Shown: positions 13,250 through 28,950, counted from the first letter of the stretch. The stretch is 64,000 nt of DNA from Cycas panzhihuaensis (GCA_023213395.1 CM041465.1:221657741-221721740), one strand, 5' to 3'. Notes: generated from the sequence alone by a model not told the origin. A program made the numbers and translations.

Positions 13250-14816
13250 ACTCTTCATAATTCCTTTGTAGCTTTGAATGAAAACCTTAACAACTTCTCC
13301 AACTTAGCACTAAACAATCACTTCTATAACTTGGGAAGATAGCTTTGAATGCATAAACTAAGCTCCAATACTAAATAATAGAATTATGAGATAGAGGTAA
13401 TAGAAGGAATGCACAAGAATAAAATCTCCACATGAATAACACCACATGAATAAACCACTCCAAGTAGCCTCAAATCTCTCAATAACAAATATAACTATAA
13501 AAATACCACCACATGAATAAAATCCACAAACTTGTAAACTAAAAAGTTTCATCTGGGTAAAATATATATCACCAATTAACATCTTACTATTAAATCTAAG
13601 GTCTGGTGAGGTGATCAATCTTACAAAGCCTCAACTACATTTTCATGGAGATCTCCTATAAATCTAAACTTAACCAACTCATCTTCATCATATTTTGTGG
13701 ACTAACTTAGAACCTCTTCTCATACTAATAACAATGGTTAAATAAGAATGTCATTTTAGTCTTCTCCAACTGCTCCACCCTTCAATAGCCAACAAATCAC
13801 ACTTTATCTACAATAGGTTTTCCTCTTATATATTCAAGAAAATTATACATACAACATGATAAACAAATATTTATAAATAATGAATAAATATCATACCATG
13901 TAGCTCTTGTAGTACTCATCTTTATATAGCTTTCAATAACTATGTGACTCTCAACATGCCCCAATCTAGTCACATCTTTATAGGTATAACCTCTAACATA
14001 ACCTTAGCTCATCAAACCCTCTTCAATAAGGTCCTTATACTAACTCATACTGACTTTGTTATCCTAATACCAACTTAATATTGGCTCTCACATTTGTTGC
14101 ATAGCTTCCACTAAGCTCATCGACACCAATAAGCTCCAAGTGCTCTTACTTAATGCACATCTTATTTGCAACAAAACTTCAAGTGATAAACTCATATATA
14201 TAGGCTCTAAATCAACATGGCTAATAACCTATCTCAAATAGCTTATCCACATCTAAATCATCTAAAGCTTCAATACCATTGACTCTTATACCAAATGTTA
14301 AAACATGGTATAGGAAAAATAATTCTCATGTAACCTATAAGACACACTAGCCAATCACAGGTCCAAGATTTATAATAACATATTATAATGCTATGTTAAA
14401 TAATAATACATTAGTGAAACCATGATATTAAATTATAAGGGTATATATACCTACATTATGTAATACAGGATATAAACCATATCAAACATATGAACATGCA
14501 TAAATATCACCACAAGACACTAGATATAAAAGTAGAAATCCCAAATTAGGGAAAAAATATGGGAGAAGATTAGAGGCTAGCTCCACTCTATTAATCACAT
14601 AATAAAGTCACCCCTTCTGCTCTTAAGTTTCTCAAGTGGGTGTATACATATTTAGAGAACAATCCATTTTATGATGTGCCTATCATATTCCAAACCCTTT
14701 TCACCTTCTAATAGGAGGTTACCATTAATAATTATGTATTTATCACATTAACCAATGTTTTTTTATGGGAGAATATAAACATTAACCATATGTGAATATC
14801 ACTATATACTCCAACA
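13250..14816 (-). mobile_element. Truncated LTR element E (5' LTR 14296-14816, PBS, part of leader)
   Basis: LTR-like segment TGTTAAA...TCCAACA preceded by GACTCTTATACCA (degenerate reverse tRNA-iMet PBS, 14281-14293). It cuts the Gypsy RNase H at 14817. No coding domains or second LTR seen; left boundary is a guess. Confidence 0.55.
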
Positions 14817-17800
14817 CTTAGGATAGGTCAAATCTAAATTAGAAAGAAGTTTATTGATATAATTAATAGCTTGTTCTTTTTAAAAATTATCGAGTTCTAT
14901 CAAAACAATAAATATTAATAAACTTGAGGAAGTAATACAAAGGATAAAATCCTTTGAAAAATTAGGAGGAGATAAGATAGAGGCTTAAATAAGAGCCTTC
15001 TTAAGATGTTCAAAGGCCTTTTGACAAATCAAGTTCCAAATAAATGGAATAATCTTATGGTAAAATCATTTTAAAGGTTGAGCTTTTGAAGTAATATGAA
15101 TTATAAAATATTATGAGTAACTAATGTTACCCAAAAAGGATTTTATTTGGGTAACTATTGTGGGTGGGGGCATGTCCAAAACATCTTTAACTTTATCAAG
15201 ATCAATGTTCATCCTATGAATATTGACTATGAGGCCAAGAAAATTTTCAACTATAATACCAAATATACATTTAGCAAGATTTAAATAAATTAGATATTTG
15301 ATATACCTTTCAAATATCAATCTTAAATCATATAAATGGTTAAGATATTTATGTGATCATCCATATCAATAATCAACATAAGCATTTGCTAAACCATGAG
15401 AAATGGGATCATGAAATCTAATCACCATTACTCGTTGATATATAACACCAACATTAATAATCCTAAATGGCATCACATGATAAGCATAAGTACCTCATAG
15501 GGTAATGAATGAGATTTTTCTCTAGACTTTTTCAGATAGATAAGTTTGGTTGTAGCTAGAGAAATCATTTATTAAAGATGTAGTTTCAAAACCAACACCA
15601 TAATTAACAATAGTATCAATGAATGGTAAAGGATAATTATCTTTAGAACATGCTTTATTAAGTTGATGAAAGTCAACAGAAACTCGAATAGTTCTATTTT
15701 TCTTCATAATAAGTATAAGATCTAAAACCCACTTAGGTAATTAACATGGTAAATAAATTTTATACTTAAAAGCTTTTTAATTTTATTTTAAATAAGCATA
15801 GATAATTAAGGTTTCACTGGTCTTTATTTTTGTTTGACAAGATGAGCATCAAGATGAGCAACAATGTTATGAATAATAATGCTTGGATACATGCTAGCCA
15901 TATCATTGTAAGACCATACAAAGACTATAAAATTCCATGAAAAGGTTTATGTAAGCTTAACAATCATCAAGGGTATATTCACCACCTAATTTAATTATTT
16001 GAAGAGTTAAAGTTATAGAAATGCTAACATCAATAGTTTCACCAACTAACATTGGATTACCTTCTTCAAAGGGTTCAAGGGCAGGTGGTAAAACATCATC
16101 AAATCTAAATTGTTAGATTATAAATAAAGTAGAGGTAGTTTGAAGTACTTCCTGAGCATCTAAAATATCAAGCTCATTGAAAAAATATTTGAATTTAGTT
16201 GACTTAGGTATGGGATAATAAGAATGTTGATATTTACCAAAAAATTATCTCGACTCTCATTATCAACAAATAAGAAATCCAAGATAGCGTTATTATTTTG
16301 GAACAAGTCTAATGAAGTGACAAAATTAGCCTCAATAAGAAAGATTCCTTATTCAAAACTAGATGGAGGATGAAATTCATAAGGAGGAACAATTCTATAA
16401 ACACCTAAACTTATATCCTTTATTTGTTATTCTTGATCAATGCTAAGATATAAGATAGTCTTAAGATTGAGTGTTTTTATAGGTGCTTAAGAATGAAATT
16501 TAGATAACCACTTTTATATGGTTAACTTCAAGGAATTAAATTTCTCTAAGTAACGATGATAGTATAACTTGCATTACTCTAGGGTCGACCTAGAAGAATA
16601 TTATAATCTAGGGCCACATCAACAACTTTAATGTTGATTTTGACTATTTTGCCTTCAAATGTAATAGGCAAGTTACAAATTCTTCCTATGATTGAACTCT
16701 TTATAGCATCAAAACTCTTAATACAAGTAGGAATTTTTTCCAACTCTTTGAGATGGAAAGCTCACATAAGCAAGATAGAAATAATATTAAAGGATGATCC
16801 AGCATCAATAACAACATGATAGATGATTATGTTACCAATAATCAACTTGTCTATAGAAGGTTCAAGATTAGGCTGAGCTAAAATATAAACAGGAAGTGGG
16901 GATAATTCAAAGGATAAAACTTGAGAAGGGGTTTTAAAAGACCATATTTCTAAGGCATTGAGGAAACTTTACCTCTATGAAAGATAATGCTTTAATACAT
17001 CATATAATGACATTTGTGATAAAACACTTTTTAAATTATTAATAAGGGCATATGAGGACAAGGCTCTGCTTCCTATAACTAAAAGAGAAGGCTTAAAAAT
17101 CTTTGAAGTATGGGGATTAGAGATTATAAATGGTGGCTTATGTTCATTTAACTTGAGATTAAATTCTATGTTTTGCTTTACAGATTGTGAATGGGTCTAT
17201 ACTACAAAGATGTGAGATAAATCAATGTTATTAGGTTTAGTTAAATATATTTATAGCATAATCTTTTTCCCAACTACTTTACTAGAATGTCTAGGTTTAA
17301 AAATTTGAATTCCAAGAGAAGGTTGAGGGACAAAGTCAAGACTTTATCTTAATCAAGTATAATTAGGAACAAAAGTAGGTTAAAAACTATTTAATGTTGG
17401 AGTAGAAATTGAGAATCTAGAGTTTAAGAAGGATTTTATATTGAGGGATGACAAACCTATAATATGTTAAGTTGGTTATATAAGCCATGAATTTGAGCTA
17501 TAATTTTCTACTTAAAATTAGTAGAAATGGCTTGTATCATATGCATGAGGTATTCATTATTATTATTTGGGAATGAGTTTTTATACATTCCTAACTCTTG
17601 GTTAGGATTCAGTGGCTTCCCTTAGTGTGTTTGGCTTTGATTAGAATAATTACATTTAGTATGAGAGGTGACTTGATAAATTAAACACCATAGCTATTTA
17701 TGAAAAACATTCTATTGATAATTATTTTTATCACAGTGATTATACTAGTGGTGTTTTAACTAAGGTTATTGCTACCTATTTGTAGGAGTAGGTGGGGGAT

Positions 17801-18700
17801 TATTTTGAGGACAAGGGGGAGGATTACACTGCCACCTTAACTAATCAACATGAGGTTTATTTGAACATCATTATATGTCTTAAACAAAAGAAATTTGAGG
17901 TTCATTACATATAACAAGGTTTTAAACTAATTGTATCACTTGGCTAATTGATGCAACTAGGTCAAGTAAGGAAGCTAAAGGTGAAGGTTTAGTTGTTTGA
18001 ACAACCTAACAAGTAGGTTAATATAGAAAATGCAGGGGTGGTCCCCCTCCAACAACACCATCACCATTAGGATCATTAAGATGGATGGTTTGTAAAGGAG
18101 TTGGGTTTTCAACGGTCATCGATCTTGTTAAATTAAAGCATTCTTATATTAACCAACAAGTTGTTCAACTTTTGAATAGGATTTTGGGATTTATTTTAGA
18201 AGTTTAAAATGAATGATACTAGTCAAACTATCAAGAAAGATTTGTTTAATAGTGATGTCATTAAGAGGAATAATACAGTGACTAACTAATTTATGAAAAG
18301 TTTTTATATGTTGACTAATAGTTTGATGGGGAGTTTATTTGCATGTCAACAAGGTACAAGGACCATGATCTTCAAATTTTAGCAAAGTAAAATGATTAAG
18401 AAATTTCTCAAATAATTCTCTCATATTATTAATTAAATTTTTAGGGAGAATTACAAACTAAAAGGTACTAGAATTACCTAAAATTATATGGAAAAAAAGT
18501 CTTATATGAAGAATATCATCATAAATTCCGGCAATTTTAAGGAAATCATCAATATGCTTTTCAAGATCCTTATCTAATTTCCTAAAAAACTTAGGTAAAC
18601 TAGATAGAATAATGGGTATATTTGGTGTAGTAGCCTGTATGACTAATCAGAAAGATCCAACATGAGTAAGGCATTGTAATTGTGATGGGACAAGATTTAT
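14817..18700 (-). pseudogene. Gypsy gag-PR-RT-partial RNase H pseudogene
   Basis: Motifs as above. PR-RT-RH order with no integrase before RT indicates Gypsy. Heavily degraded. Confidence 0.8.
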
Positions 18701-19535
18701 ACTAGTCTATCAAGGGTAAGATTAACTCCTTGGTGGAATACTTATGATGACTTTAGAAGTTAGAAATTGATAGTGATAATATAGAATTATAGTAAATAAA
18801 TAAGTAAAGATAGAAGTTGCTAGATATGAAATAATAAAATCATGAGGAGGAAGATATAAAATAACTAACTTATAAGAGGTAAATGCCTCTTAAAGATTTT
18901 GTGGTCGAAGAAGTGATAAACCTCTTAACTAACAAAAAAATTTATTAAAGTTAATTAGAATCCCAAAATGTTGACATGACATTGTAATTGAAATGTAAAT
19001 GTAATAAGTTGTAGGACTATGATTTGAGTCTTTAGTATGGTCACTAGAAAATATTAATGCTAAGAAAATCTAATAAGCTTAGATTCCACCTAAAATTTCT
19101 TATATGCCTAGTGAGAAACTAAGATCATATCCTAGTCAATATTTTATGAGTTAAAGATAAGATTATTAAAGAAAAGTGTTCAATTAAATGATCATGAGAT
19201 GTGTTTATCACCTTTATATAAACTTTAAGTCCAAGAGGTTTGAAGAACAGAAAGGACAAAAATTAACTTGTGAATAATGGGGTTTATCTTACTCTAAATT
19301 CAATAGCTATACTAGGATATGATGCCAATATTTTCTCCATTGTAAGTAGGAATGGCCACCCTAAGGTCTCTAAATCTATCTATACACTCCTTCAACTAAG
19401 GATTACTAGGTGGTCTCCCTTAGTTAATATAGCCTAAGCCTGTTAGAATCAGCATCTCTAACCTTATTAATAAACTCTAATAGTAAATCATAAAATAAAT
19501 CAAATAATGATGAATAATACAAGTAGTGGTAAGAT

Positions 19536-19952
19536 TATTAGAGAGAGGGTTAGAGTAGAGCAATTATTACATATTAATCAATGTATCATTAGTCATAAAT
19601 AACACCAAATATGGCAGGTGGAAAACCCCTATAGGGGATTTAAAACCCACCTCATAAATAGTATAATTTTATTATAATAATGATCAGAATACATTGGAGA
19701 TGACTGAGGATCTCATCCTCTCTCTCAGGTTTTGTAAACCTTCTACCTATGTGGATACAACCAACTAGCCTCCCAAACCTCTAAGGTAAATATACTTAAA
19801 AGATTCTTGAATAGTTATTCGAGAGACGTTCATTGAAATGGATGGTTGTTCATTTCACCAAACTTTTAGTAATAACATATTGACTTTAATAAATAGATAT
19901 ATTATACAATAGTTAAGTGTAAAAGGTAATATTAAGGTAAATATTCTTAACA
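19536..19952 (-). repeat. Copia-2 3' LTR
   Basis: Ungapped match to 32056-32472, about 50 mismatches by hand count. Confidence 0.96.
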
Positions 19953-22900
19953 TCCCCCTTTAATATTAACTTTTGTATAATAGAAGATGTTGAAGATAAA
20001 GAAAAAGATGATAAAGACTTTAGCATGGTAATCCCCTTTTGATGAAGACCTCGTTAATTTTTAATAATTCACATAGCTTTATGAATTTTGCTTTAGTCAA
20101 TGGATTTGTTAGAATATTATCAATCTATAAATTAATATGATAATAAGATAAATTAATAGTATTATTATTAATAAGATTATGAATAAAATATTGATATAAT
20201 TCTATGTGCTTAGTTCTAAAATGTGCTATAAAATTAGTAGCTATAAATATTGCACCTTGATTATTAACATTTATTTGAAAGGAAGAGTAAGAAAATAAAC
20301 CAAGTTTATTTAATAAGGTTTTAATTTAAAATGATTTCTTACTAGCTTCTACTAATGCTCGATATTTGGTTTATGTTATAGATAATGCTAATACTTGTAT
20401 CTTTTTACTAGACCATATGATTGGTGAAGAATGAAGAAAGAAGATGTAACTAGATATATATTTTTTATCATTAGAATCTCCTACCCAATTAGAATCCATA
20501 TAACCTCTCAATTTTAGATTAGTATTATAAAAATTATATGTTAGTCCATAAAATATTGTACCTTGTAAATATTGTAGAATTTATTTAATCTCTTTCTAAT
20601 ATGATTCATGAGACTTTTACATATATCTAGAACACAAAGCAACAACATAGCAAATATCTGGGCAAGTGTGGGTTAAGTAAATAAGACTACTTGTTAGCTA
20701 ACGATATGTTATGGGATCATAAAGTGGAGTTTGATAATTAGTTGATAATTTCACACCTAATTGTAGAGGATTTAGATCTAGCTTGGCATTTTCTATATTA
20801 AATCTTTTTATTAAATCAAGAATGTACTTGGGTTATGAAATAGTTATTCTTAATTTAGATTAACAGATCTGTAGACCTAGAAAATAATACAAAAGATCTA
20901 AGTCCATCATTTCAAAATTATTTATTAGAATAGATTTTAATTAATGGATATCAAAATATAAAGATTAAGTTATTATGATATCATCAATATAAAGAATTAA
21001 AATGGTAATGTTATTATCTTATCTTAGGAAGTAAAGGTTAAGATCACTAATACATTTAGTGTATCCATTTTGAAGAAGATAATTATTAATTTTAATGTAC
21101 CAAGCTCAAGGAGCTTATTTAAGACCATATAATTATTTTTTCAATTTGTAAAATAGGTTAGAATTAGATACAAAACTAGGGAGGTTAATTCATATAGATT
21201 TCTTCTTTAACATCACCATTTAAAAATCTATTTAATGTATATGCTAGCTAAATTTAGTTGCAAGAGTAATAATGGTTTTGATTATATTTATTTTAGCGAT
21301 ATGAGCAAAAGTTTTGGTATAGTCAATACTATCAATTTGAGAAAATCCTTTGGCTACCAAATGAGCCTTATGTTTCTCAATTACTCCTTTTAAATTATTC
21401 CTAGTCTAGTAAACCCATTTGTGGTCTACTAAATTCTTATTGGGGGGAAGAGTGACTAAATCCTAAGTTGAATTTTTTTGAAGAGCATCAAATTTAACTT
21501 GCATAGATTATTTCCATGTATGATTATTACAAGCTTCTTTATAAGTTTTAGGAATGCTACTGGCCATACTTTAGCCATTAATATAAAGTTAGCTTGTAGT
21601 TTTTGTGACTTGGTTCTCCTACTATCTAATGGATCACCAGCATTAAAACTAGCAATTGAAAGGGTTTTTTGAGTACAAACTAACTATTTATTTCTTGAAG
21701 AAGAATTAAAAGTAAAAGGTTGATAAGAAGGATTAGTCATATCAAAATTGGTTAAGGTCCAATTCTGGACTTACGTAGATAAGTTTTCAATTACTTCATT
21801 GTCAGTTTATTTATCTGAATGATAAATAAACTGACGATGAAGTAATTGATTTAGCAAGATGATCCCTCTATATTTAATGAAGATCCCTCTTCATAAAAAA
21901 TAACATCACATAGAATTATGATTGTATGTGTGATGGGATCTAGTAACCTATAAGCTTTACTTTCTTCGTTGTATTCAACGAAAATAAATTTAGAGTTTTT
22001 GGGGTCTAGTTTCTTATGTTTTTCCTTAGGAATATATCCCGAAGCAATACTTATAAAATCTTTCATATGTTTTATGGAAGGTTTATAACTAGATCACTTT
22101 TATTTTGGTGTAATATTTCGTAAGGATTTACTTGGTAATTGATTTAACAAATAATTGGAATAAGCAATTGCTTCAACCCATAACTTTAAGTCAAGACCTT
22201 TTACATGTAACATACATCAGGCTATTTTGACTAAAGTATAATTTTTTCATTCAGTACTACCATTCTGTTAAGGAGTATAAGTGATAAAATATTGAAATCA
22301 TATTCCATTCTTCTTACAAAATGAAGTAAACTCACTACTTAAATATATCTTAGTATTATTAAATCTAAAGATTTTGATTTTTGAATTAGATTAGTTTTCA
22401 ACTAATGTTTTAAATTTGACAAAATATCAAAAACTTGAGTTCTTATTTTGAGCATATAAACCTAATATTTTTTAGAAAAATTATCAATGAAGGTAATAAA
22501 ATATTTGCTTTCAAAGTATGATGGTACTTAGAATGAACCATAGATGTCTAAATGCATGAGTTCCAGGAATGATTTTACTTAAAACAAAGTTCACTAAGGA
22601 AAAGGGTCTACGTGTTATTTGCCTATAACACAGGCTTCACAAACACCATGAATTATTGAAAAGGGTGGAATTCCATGAACCATATCATGTTGTTTTAAGT
22701 ATTGTAGTTTTCCATAACTTGTATGGATAAACAATGCATGTCAGAGTTTACTTACTAAGTCAAATTTCATGATGAAGATAGTGAAGGGTTTAATTTTAGA
22801 TTAGTTCAGATTTATTAAATTATACATACATATTTTATGATTAGCAAGTTCTAAAGTAATAGTTTTGAATCTACTGAAAGGTTATTTAATAACAAATTTA

Positions 22901-23519
22901 TCTTTTTAGAATTTGACAATAAGGTCTTTCTAGAAAATTTGATAAATAGATAGAAGATTAGGAAGCAAGCTTGAAACATAGAATATGTCTTTGATTAAAC
23001 TGTCTTTTAAGGTAGCATGACTATCATCTTTGACTTTCAACTAAGATCCACTTTTGAAAGAGATCTCCTCTTCATAATCAAGATTAGATTGATAGGTAGT
23101 TGGATATTCTTAGTATCCCATCATGTGATGGGAAGCACTCGAATCTAGGATCCATAAAGGTTGTATTGAAGTAGGAGCAAAAAAGTAGATGTGGTGGTAG
23201 TTAAAGAGTTATTAGAATTATGAGATCGTGATTGGATTTATTTATAATCTTTCTAAGCTTTAGAAGTAATTATGTTCCTACATACATCTATCATATATCG
23301 CTTTTTGTGACAATAGGCACAACTGATGTTCTGATTTTTTTTTTTTGATAAGGTAAAATGAATAAATTGTGGGTTTTAAAATAGGATCCCATAACCTAAT
23401 ACATCAGTAAAAATATATCATCGAAGGGACTAGATGACTGTGACAACCCCATGGCCAAAGTACAAAAAAATACACAAAAAATAATCTAAATCATGCCAAG
23501 ACAAGCTCCTAGGCTAGCT

Positions 23520-26500
23520 CTCATATACCCTTTACCCCTCAACCAGTCTCATAGATTCCTCCAGGATATCCTCCCTCCATACAATATATCTCTTATTCCT
23601 CACTCCTCAATTAACTAGATTATATGCCACTTTATTACCTTCCTTGTAGATATGTTGAAGTTGGATGCTCTCTAAACCCTTTAGGGCTTCTTGAGCATCC
23701 TTTACAATAGCCTAAATTCTCTAATTTAGAGAGGTTGTACCATTTAGAAGTTTTATCACATTCAAAGAGTCACCCTCAATCACCACCTTGTTGAGGCCTC
23801 CTTCTAGTGCTAATTCCACAGCTTTTAATATAGCTACCATCTCTACATTGTGATTTGTCTACTAGTTATAGTATTTTGTAAAGGCCCAGATAACATTGCC
23901 TCTGGCGTCTTTGTAGATACCTCCACCTCTAGCCTCCCCAAGGTTTCCTTTCGAAGCACCATCAAAATTTATTTTTACCCAATGCTCCTTTGGAGGTACC
24001 TAGGAGTAGATCCTTCTCTTCTCCTCCTGGATTATTAGCCTTAACCCCTACTTACCTAGGATCATCCCTTTTATCACTGAAATTCGATTCTCCTATATGA
24101 GTTTTATATTCTCGCTAATCCTTATATAAATATCATTAAAAATTACATATACATCCATCTATCTATCCTGAAAAATACTCTTATTTCTTTCTTTTCATAA
24201 ATTCCATGACAACACTAGGAAGGCAATTCTCCAAACACTTTTGAGAGCTTTACTCCTATAAGGACTCTATCAAGAGATCCACTAGTCCACTATATTTCTT
24301 GATTGTACCCAATGGACTTCAAAGAGATCTAACAACAACCTCTATACCTCCCTAGAGAAAGAGCACCAAAGGATGATGTGGTCCATAGATTCCTCCTCCT
24401 TGCAATAGAGAACACACCTATTTGTTAATTGAAATCCTCTCTTCATTAGCTTGTCCACTATTAGAATTTTGTTCTTTAAATAAATCCACCAAAAAATAAC
24501 TATTTTTAAAATTAGGTCTAGTTTCCATACTCCCTCCAGTAGCTTATTTCTCTGATCCCCTCTCACTAAACATAAAAACTAGTATCCATGCTTCACTGAA
24601 TACTCCCTTGATTGGGTAGAGAGCCAAACCACTGAATCTATAGCTTTTGTTTTATGTAATACTTATCAAGCTCCCTTCTAAGTTTCTCAATCCTCTCTTA
24701 GGAGTTAAGCTCCTCTTGAAGTTCCTCAAAACTCCTCCATCTTCTTCCTCTCCCTCCTCCCATCCAATAATCCTTCATGCGAACCCCATACAACCTCTCA
24801 TAAGGGTCCTTAAGGGGAGCAAGATCAGACCTACTCTTCAAGCACTTTTCACTACACCAGGCATCCTCCAAAAAATTAATAGTGTTCCAATCACCTAGAT
24901 TCCATCTCAGCCCATCTTTCAACATGCTTCTAGACTTGAGAATACTCCTCCAGGTCATTGATCTAGTGGAAGGGACTATATTCTCATTTAATAGAGTGCT
25001 ACCCTAAAGATACTTTTAGGACAGGATCATTTCCCATGGGCCTTCACCATCTCTGATCATCTGCCATCTGAGCTTTTCCATTAGCACAGTATTAAAAAGT
25101 GGCATTCTTTTAAGGTTTAAATCTCCAACGCATCTTAAAATACACACTTTGTTCCAACTTACCAGGTGGATTCTATCCTTCTCCTCAAGCACAGCCAGAG
25201 GAATCTTTTCTAGATGGATTCCAGCATCACTGAGACACTACTCGGTAATTTAAAAATAGACATCTAGTAGACAAGAACCCTTTGTAAGGAAGTAGCGACC
25301 AGTTGAAGCTTTCCAACTTAGCTAAGAAGAGCCCCTTTCTAACCTACTAACTTCCTCTGAATCTGATTGATAATGGTATTCCACATATCCTTAGTCATCT
25401 TCCCTATAAATAGGGACATCCTAAGGTAAATGGTTGGTAGCTTCTTGCTCTCCATCTCTAAAATTCTACTGATCCTTCTTTGGGTAGTAACTACGGTATT
25501 TATAAAATAAACACTACTTTTGTTCAAATTAACCAAATATTTTACAGCCAATTCAAAGCTTCTCAATCATTGTTTAAACCTGAGAGCCTTTTTTATGGCT
25601 GCTTTCCCCATAAATATGTTATCGTCTATAAATTGATGGTGCACAATATTATCCATTTCAGATGTAGGTCTTAGGCCTTTGACAAGCCTCTATATTCTGG
25701 CTGCTTCCGTGGCCCTGCCCGGTAGTTCATCTAGAATTATAAAAGGTAAGGGGATAGGGGGTCTCCCTATCTTATCCCTCTATAACCTGAGAAAAATCTA
25801 GACAATGTACCACTAATAATAATGAAGTATTAGGGATTGGAGATGCAGGGCTTCACCCACTCTCTCCACCTTACTTCAAACCCAAATACATCCAAGCACT
25901 CCAAGAGACAGTTCCAAGAGACTCTATCGTAGGCCTTTGATAGATCGATCTTTATTAGCATACTAGGCTCCTTTCTTTCCTTGGCTGAGTGAATAGTTTC
26001 GTGGACCACAATCATCCCATCTTTGATCTATTTGCCTTATATAAAGCCATCCTGATTCTAAGAAATAAATCAAGGAATGATCTTTTTTAATCTATTAGCC
26101 ATCACCTTTGCTAAGATCTTATACTTTACATTATAGAGGCTGATAGGACAAAACTCCTCCATCCTTTTATCCCCTTCCCTTTTTGGGATTAGGACCAGAA
26201 ATGTGGCTTGCCATTCTTGAAGGATCTTCTAATTTGTATGAAACTCTTAGAAAGCCTCCATCAGGTCCTCCTTGATTATATCCCAGAACTCCTGAAAGAA
26301 GCCTAGTGGGAAACTATCTGGACTAGGAGCTCCATCTCCCTTCATGCCAAAAACTACTTTCTTTACTTCTTCCTGAGTAAAGGGTGATGTCAGCATAACA
26401 TTTTGACTCTCATTAACCAATCTGGGAATAGACCTTAGGAAGTCCTTTCTGGAATCCTTATCCTTGCCCTGTGGTTCGGTAAACAAATCGCTAAAGTAAG

Positions 26501-27707
26501 TGTTAGCTATGTCCTTTAGGTATTCTAGGTAATTCACTTCTGAGCCATCTTCCCTTTGAAGTTTACTAATCCAATTACTTGCTCTATGCTTTACTATGGT
26601 CATATGGAAAAATTTACTATTTCTATCTCCCTCTTCAAGCCATATGGCCCTCAATTTTTGCCTCCAATGTATTTCTTCTTTAATTAAGAACTCCTCTAGA
26701 TTCTCAACTAGCTCTCTTTCTTCTTTATCCAGAGCTTAAGTCCTGCCTTCTTCCTAGATCCTGCTTTCAACAACCTTCAAATCCTTAATAGTTTATTCCT
26801 TGATAGTATGGATATTCTGGAACACTTCCTTGTTCCAACTCTTTACTTGCCTCTTTACCCAATCTGGCTTCTTCAAAAATCTATATATGGCATGCCCCTA
26901 GACTAGAGCTTTCCACCATTCCTCCACCTTCTTTCTAAAATTTGGATATCTTATCCACATCAATTCGAATCTAAAGGGAGATCCCTTATCTTTTTCTGAA
27001 TCTGAGAAAATGAACTAAAGAGGAGAGTGGTCAAATCTAACTTTTAGTAATGCCTCTAGAGTAAAGTTATTAAAGCACCTAGCACACTCAAAATTTACCA
27101 TAGCTCTATTGAGCTTTATCTGGATAAGTTGGTTCCCCAACCTCTTGTTTGACCAAGTGAAATATGCTCCTCTAAGTATAACATCCACTAGCCCCACTTT
27201 TTACATGAAGCATCCAAGCTCATGTATATTGTTCGACCACCCCTCTTGGCCCCCTCTCTTCTTCCCTAGGCATAAGGTTGTATTGAAGTCGCCATCCACC
27301 AACCAAGGTACTCCACATTCACCATGGGCTTTGAAGATTCTGTCCTATATCTTCCTTCTATCCTCAGGGATATTTAAGGCATAAACATTTATAGCCACCT
27401 ATTTCAGGTTGTTTCTCCTACATGTGAACCACATAGAGATATAGGATTCCTCCTCCTTGAATGTTTCCTCTATCCATTCATCTAGATTCCACATCATCAT
27501 TAGTCCTCTAGCCCCTTGCTTATTGTTTACTCCTTTTCATTCTGGTTTCTTCTAGATTCTATTCTTAGCTCTTAAACTATCATCCATGTTTAACTTGGTT
27601 TCCTGTAAAAAAATTAAATCTGGTAGTTCTCTTAGCCTCATATATCTTAAGATCCTCTTTTTAGAGGGTGCATTCAACCCCTTAACATTCCACGAGATCA
27701 AGTTCAT
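23520..27707 (-). pseudogene. L1-b ORF2 (APE, RT, zf-RVT, RNase H)
   Basis: MNLISWNVKGLNAP, EGDRNSKFFH, KIDLSKAYDRVSW, NRCVLYCKEEESMDHIILWC, KINFDGASKGNLGEARGGGIYKD. Confidence 0.9.
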
Positions 27708-28950
27708 CTCTTTTTCCTTTGCTTCTAGATCCTTGTTGCCTCATCTCTAGGTGGGTCACATCCTTAGCTTTAAATCTTAATTTGGGCCCTTCCAAGAATC
27801 CATCATTCAGGGTTTTCTGGTTACCCTGATCTACCTGGGCTATCGCTTCCCTCTCTCTCAGTATCTTCAAGGGGGGCTACCCACCCCTTCTCAGACCCAA
27901 TATCCATGACCTTCCTCCTACCCACTTCTTTCTGATCCTCCTGAGGAGGGATCTCCTTGCTCTCTCCTTCTAGTTTAAGATTCCCTGGCTTCCCATCCAC
28001 TTCTGTCACTTCTGTCAATCTTAGAACCTGAGGCTCCACCTCTCCCTCCTGAGAGAGAGTATCCTTCTCATTGGTGATAAATCCAAACCCTTCATCCCTA
28101 TGCTCCCTAAGAGGGCTCTTAAGTCCCCCTATCTCTTAGGGTTCCATGATCTTCTGAGAGTTGTCCTCTAGTAAATTGTTCTCTTCCTTTTTTTCCTCCT
28201 CCTCTTTCCTATCCCCAGGGCATTTCTGTAGTAGATGGCCCAACCTTTTGTAAGTCAAACATCTAAAATTATCCATCTCATAAATCAGTGGCTGTGCCCT
28301 ACTCCAGTCCTCCATGTCAATCCACACCTCATTTAGGAGGGGTTTATCGATCCTAGCCAGGGCACAAAATCTAGCATTAATTAGCTTGCTTTTGTTTCTA
28401 GTGGCATAATCAACCACTAAGAGGGGACCAATGGCTTTTTCCACCCTCTTCAAGATCTCCATATTCCATAGATGTAGTGGGAGTCCAGGGAGCTAGATCC
28501 ATATTGGTCTTGCTTAACCATAAGTGTTGAAGGATCAAAATCATTGTGCCATTTTTCTAGCATTAGGGTTTTTCTCCCTAACATCTAGGGTGCGTTTAGG
28601 AGAATATTGGCCATATCTTCTTACACATCGAACTTAAATAAAATGCACCCCTTTTGCATCATTATAACTTCCACGGGGCCTATAGTCCTCCATTTGTTCC
28701 TAGTCCAACTCCTTATGACTTCCAATCCTAGTCCAGGTCTATAGAATCTACTAACCAGATAATTCTCCTAGTATTTCTTCGTTTTCTCCACCAGTTTCTT
28801 AGGGATTTGTAAACTAACTTTGTTATCCTAGATTATAGGGGTTAAGTCATAGTCTTCCTCTTTACCTAATCTTAAAACCTCAGAATAGGATCTCCCCAGG
28901 GGGTAATTATGAGACTAGTTCTGGTTTCTTTATTCCTTCTCCATTATATA
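27708..28950 (-). pseudogene. L1-b ORF1
   Basis: ORF 28136-28462 MEILKRVEKAIGPLLVVD...CLTYKRLGHLLQKC, colinear with L1-a ORF1. Boundaries approximate. Confidence 0.85.

Noticed and set aside
13265-13307. Possible continuation of the Gypsy RNase H (KLEKLLRFSFKATKEL) with a CTTAG TSD for element E
   Set aside because: No TG-starting LTR follows CTTAG, part of the segment is repeated at ~13340 within E, and no further RNase H or integrase follows.
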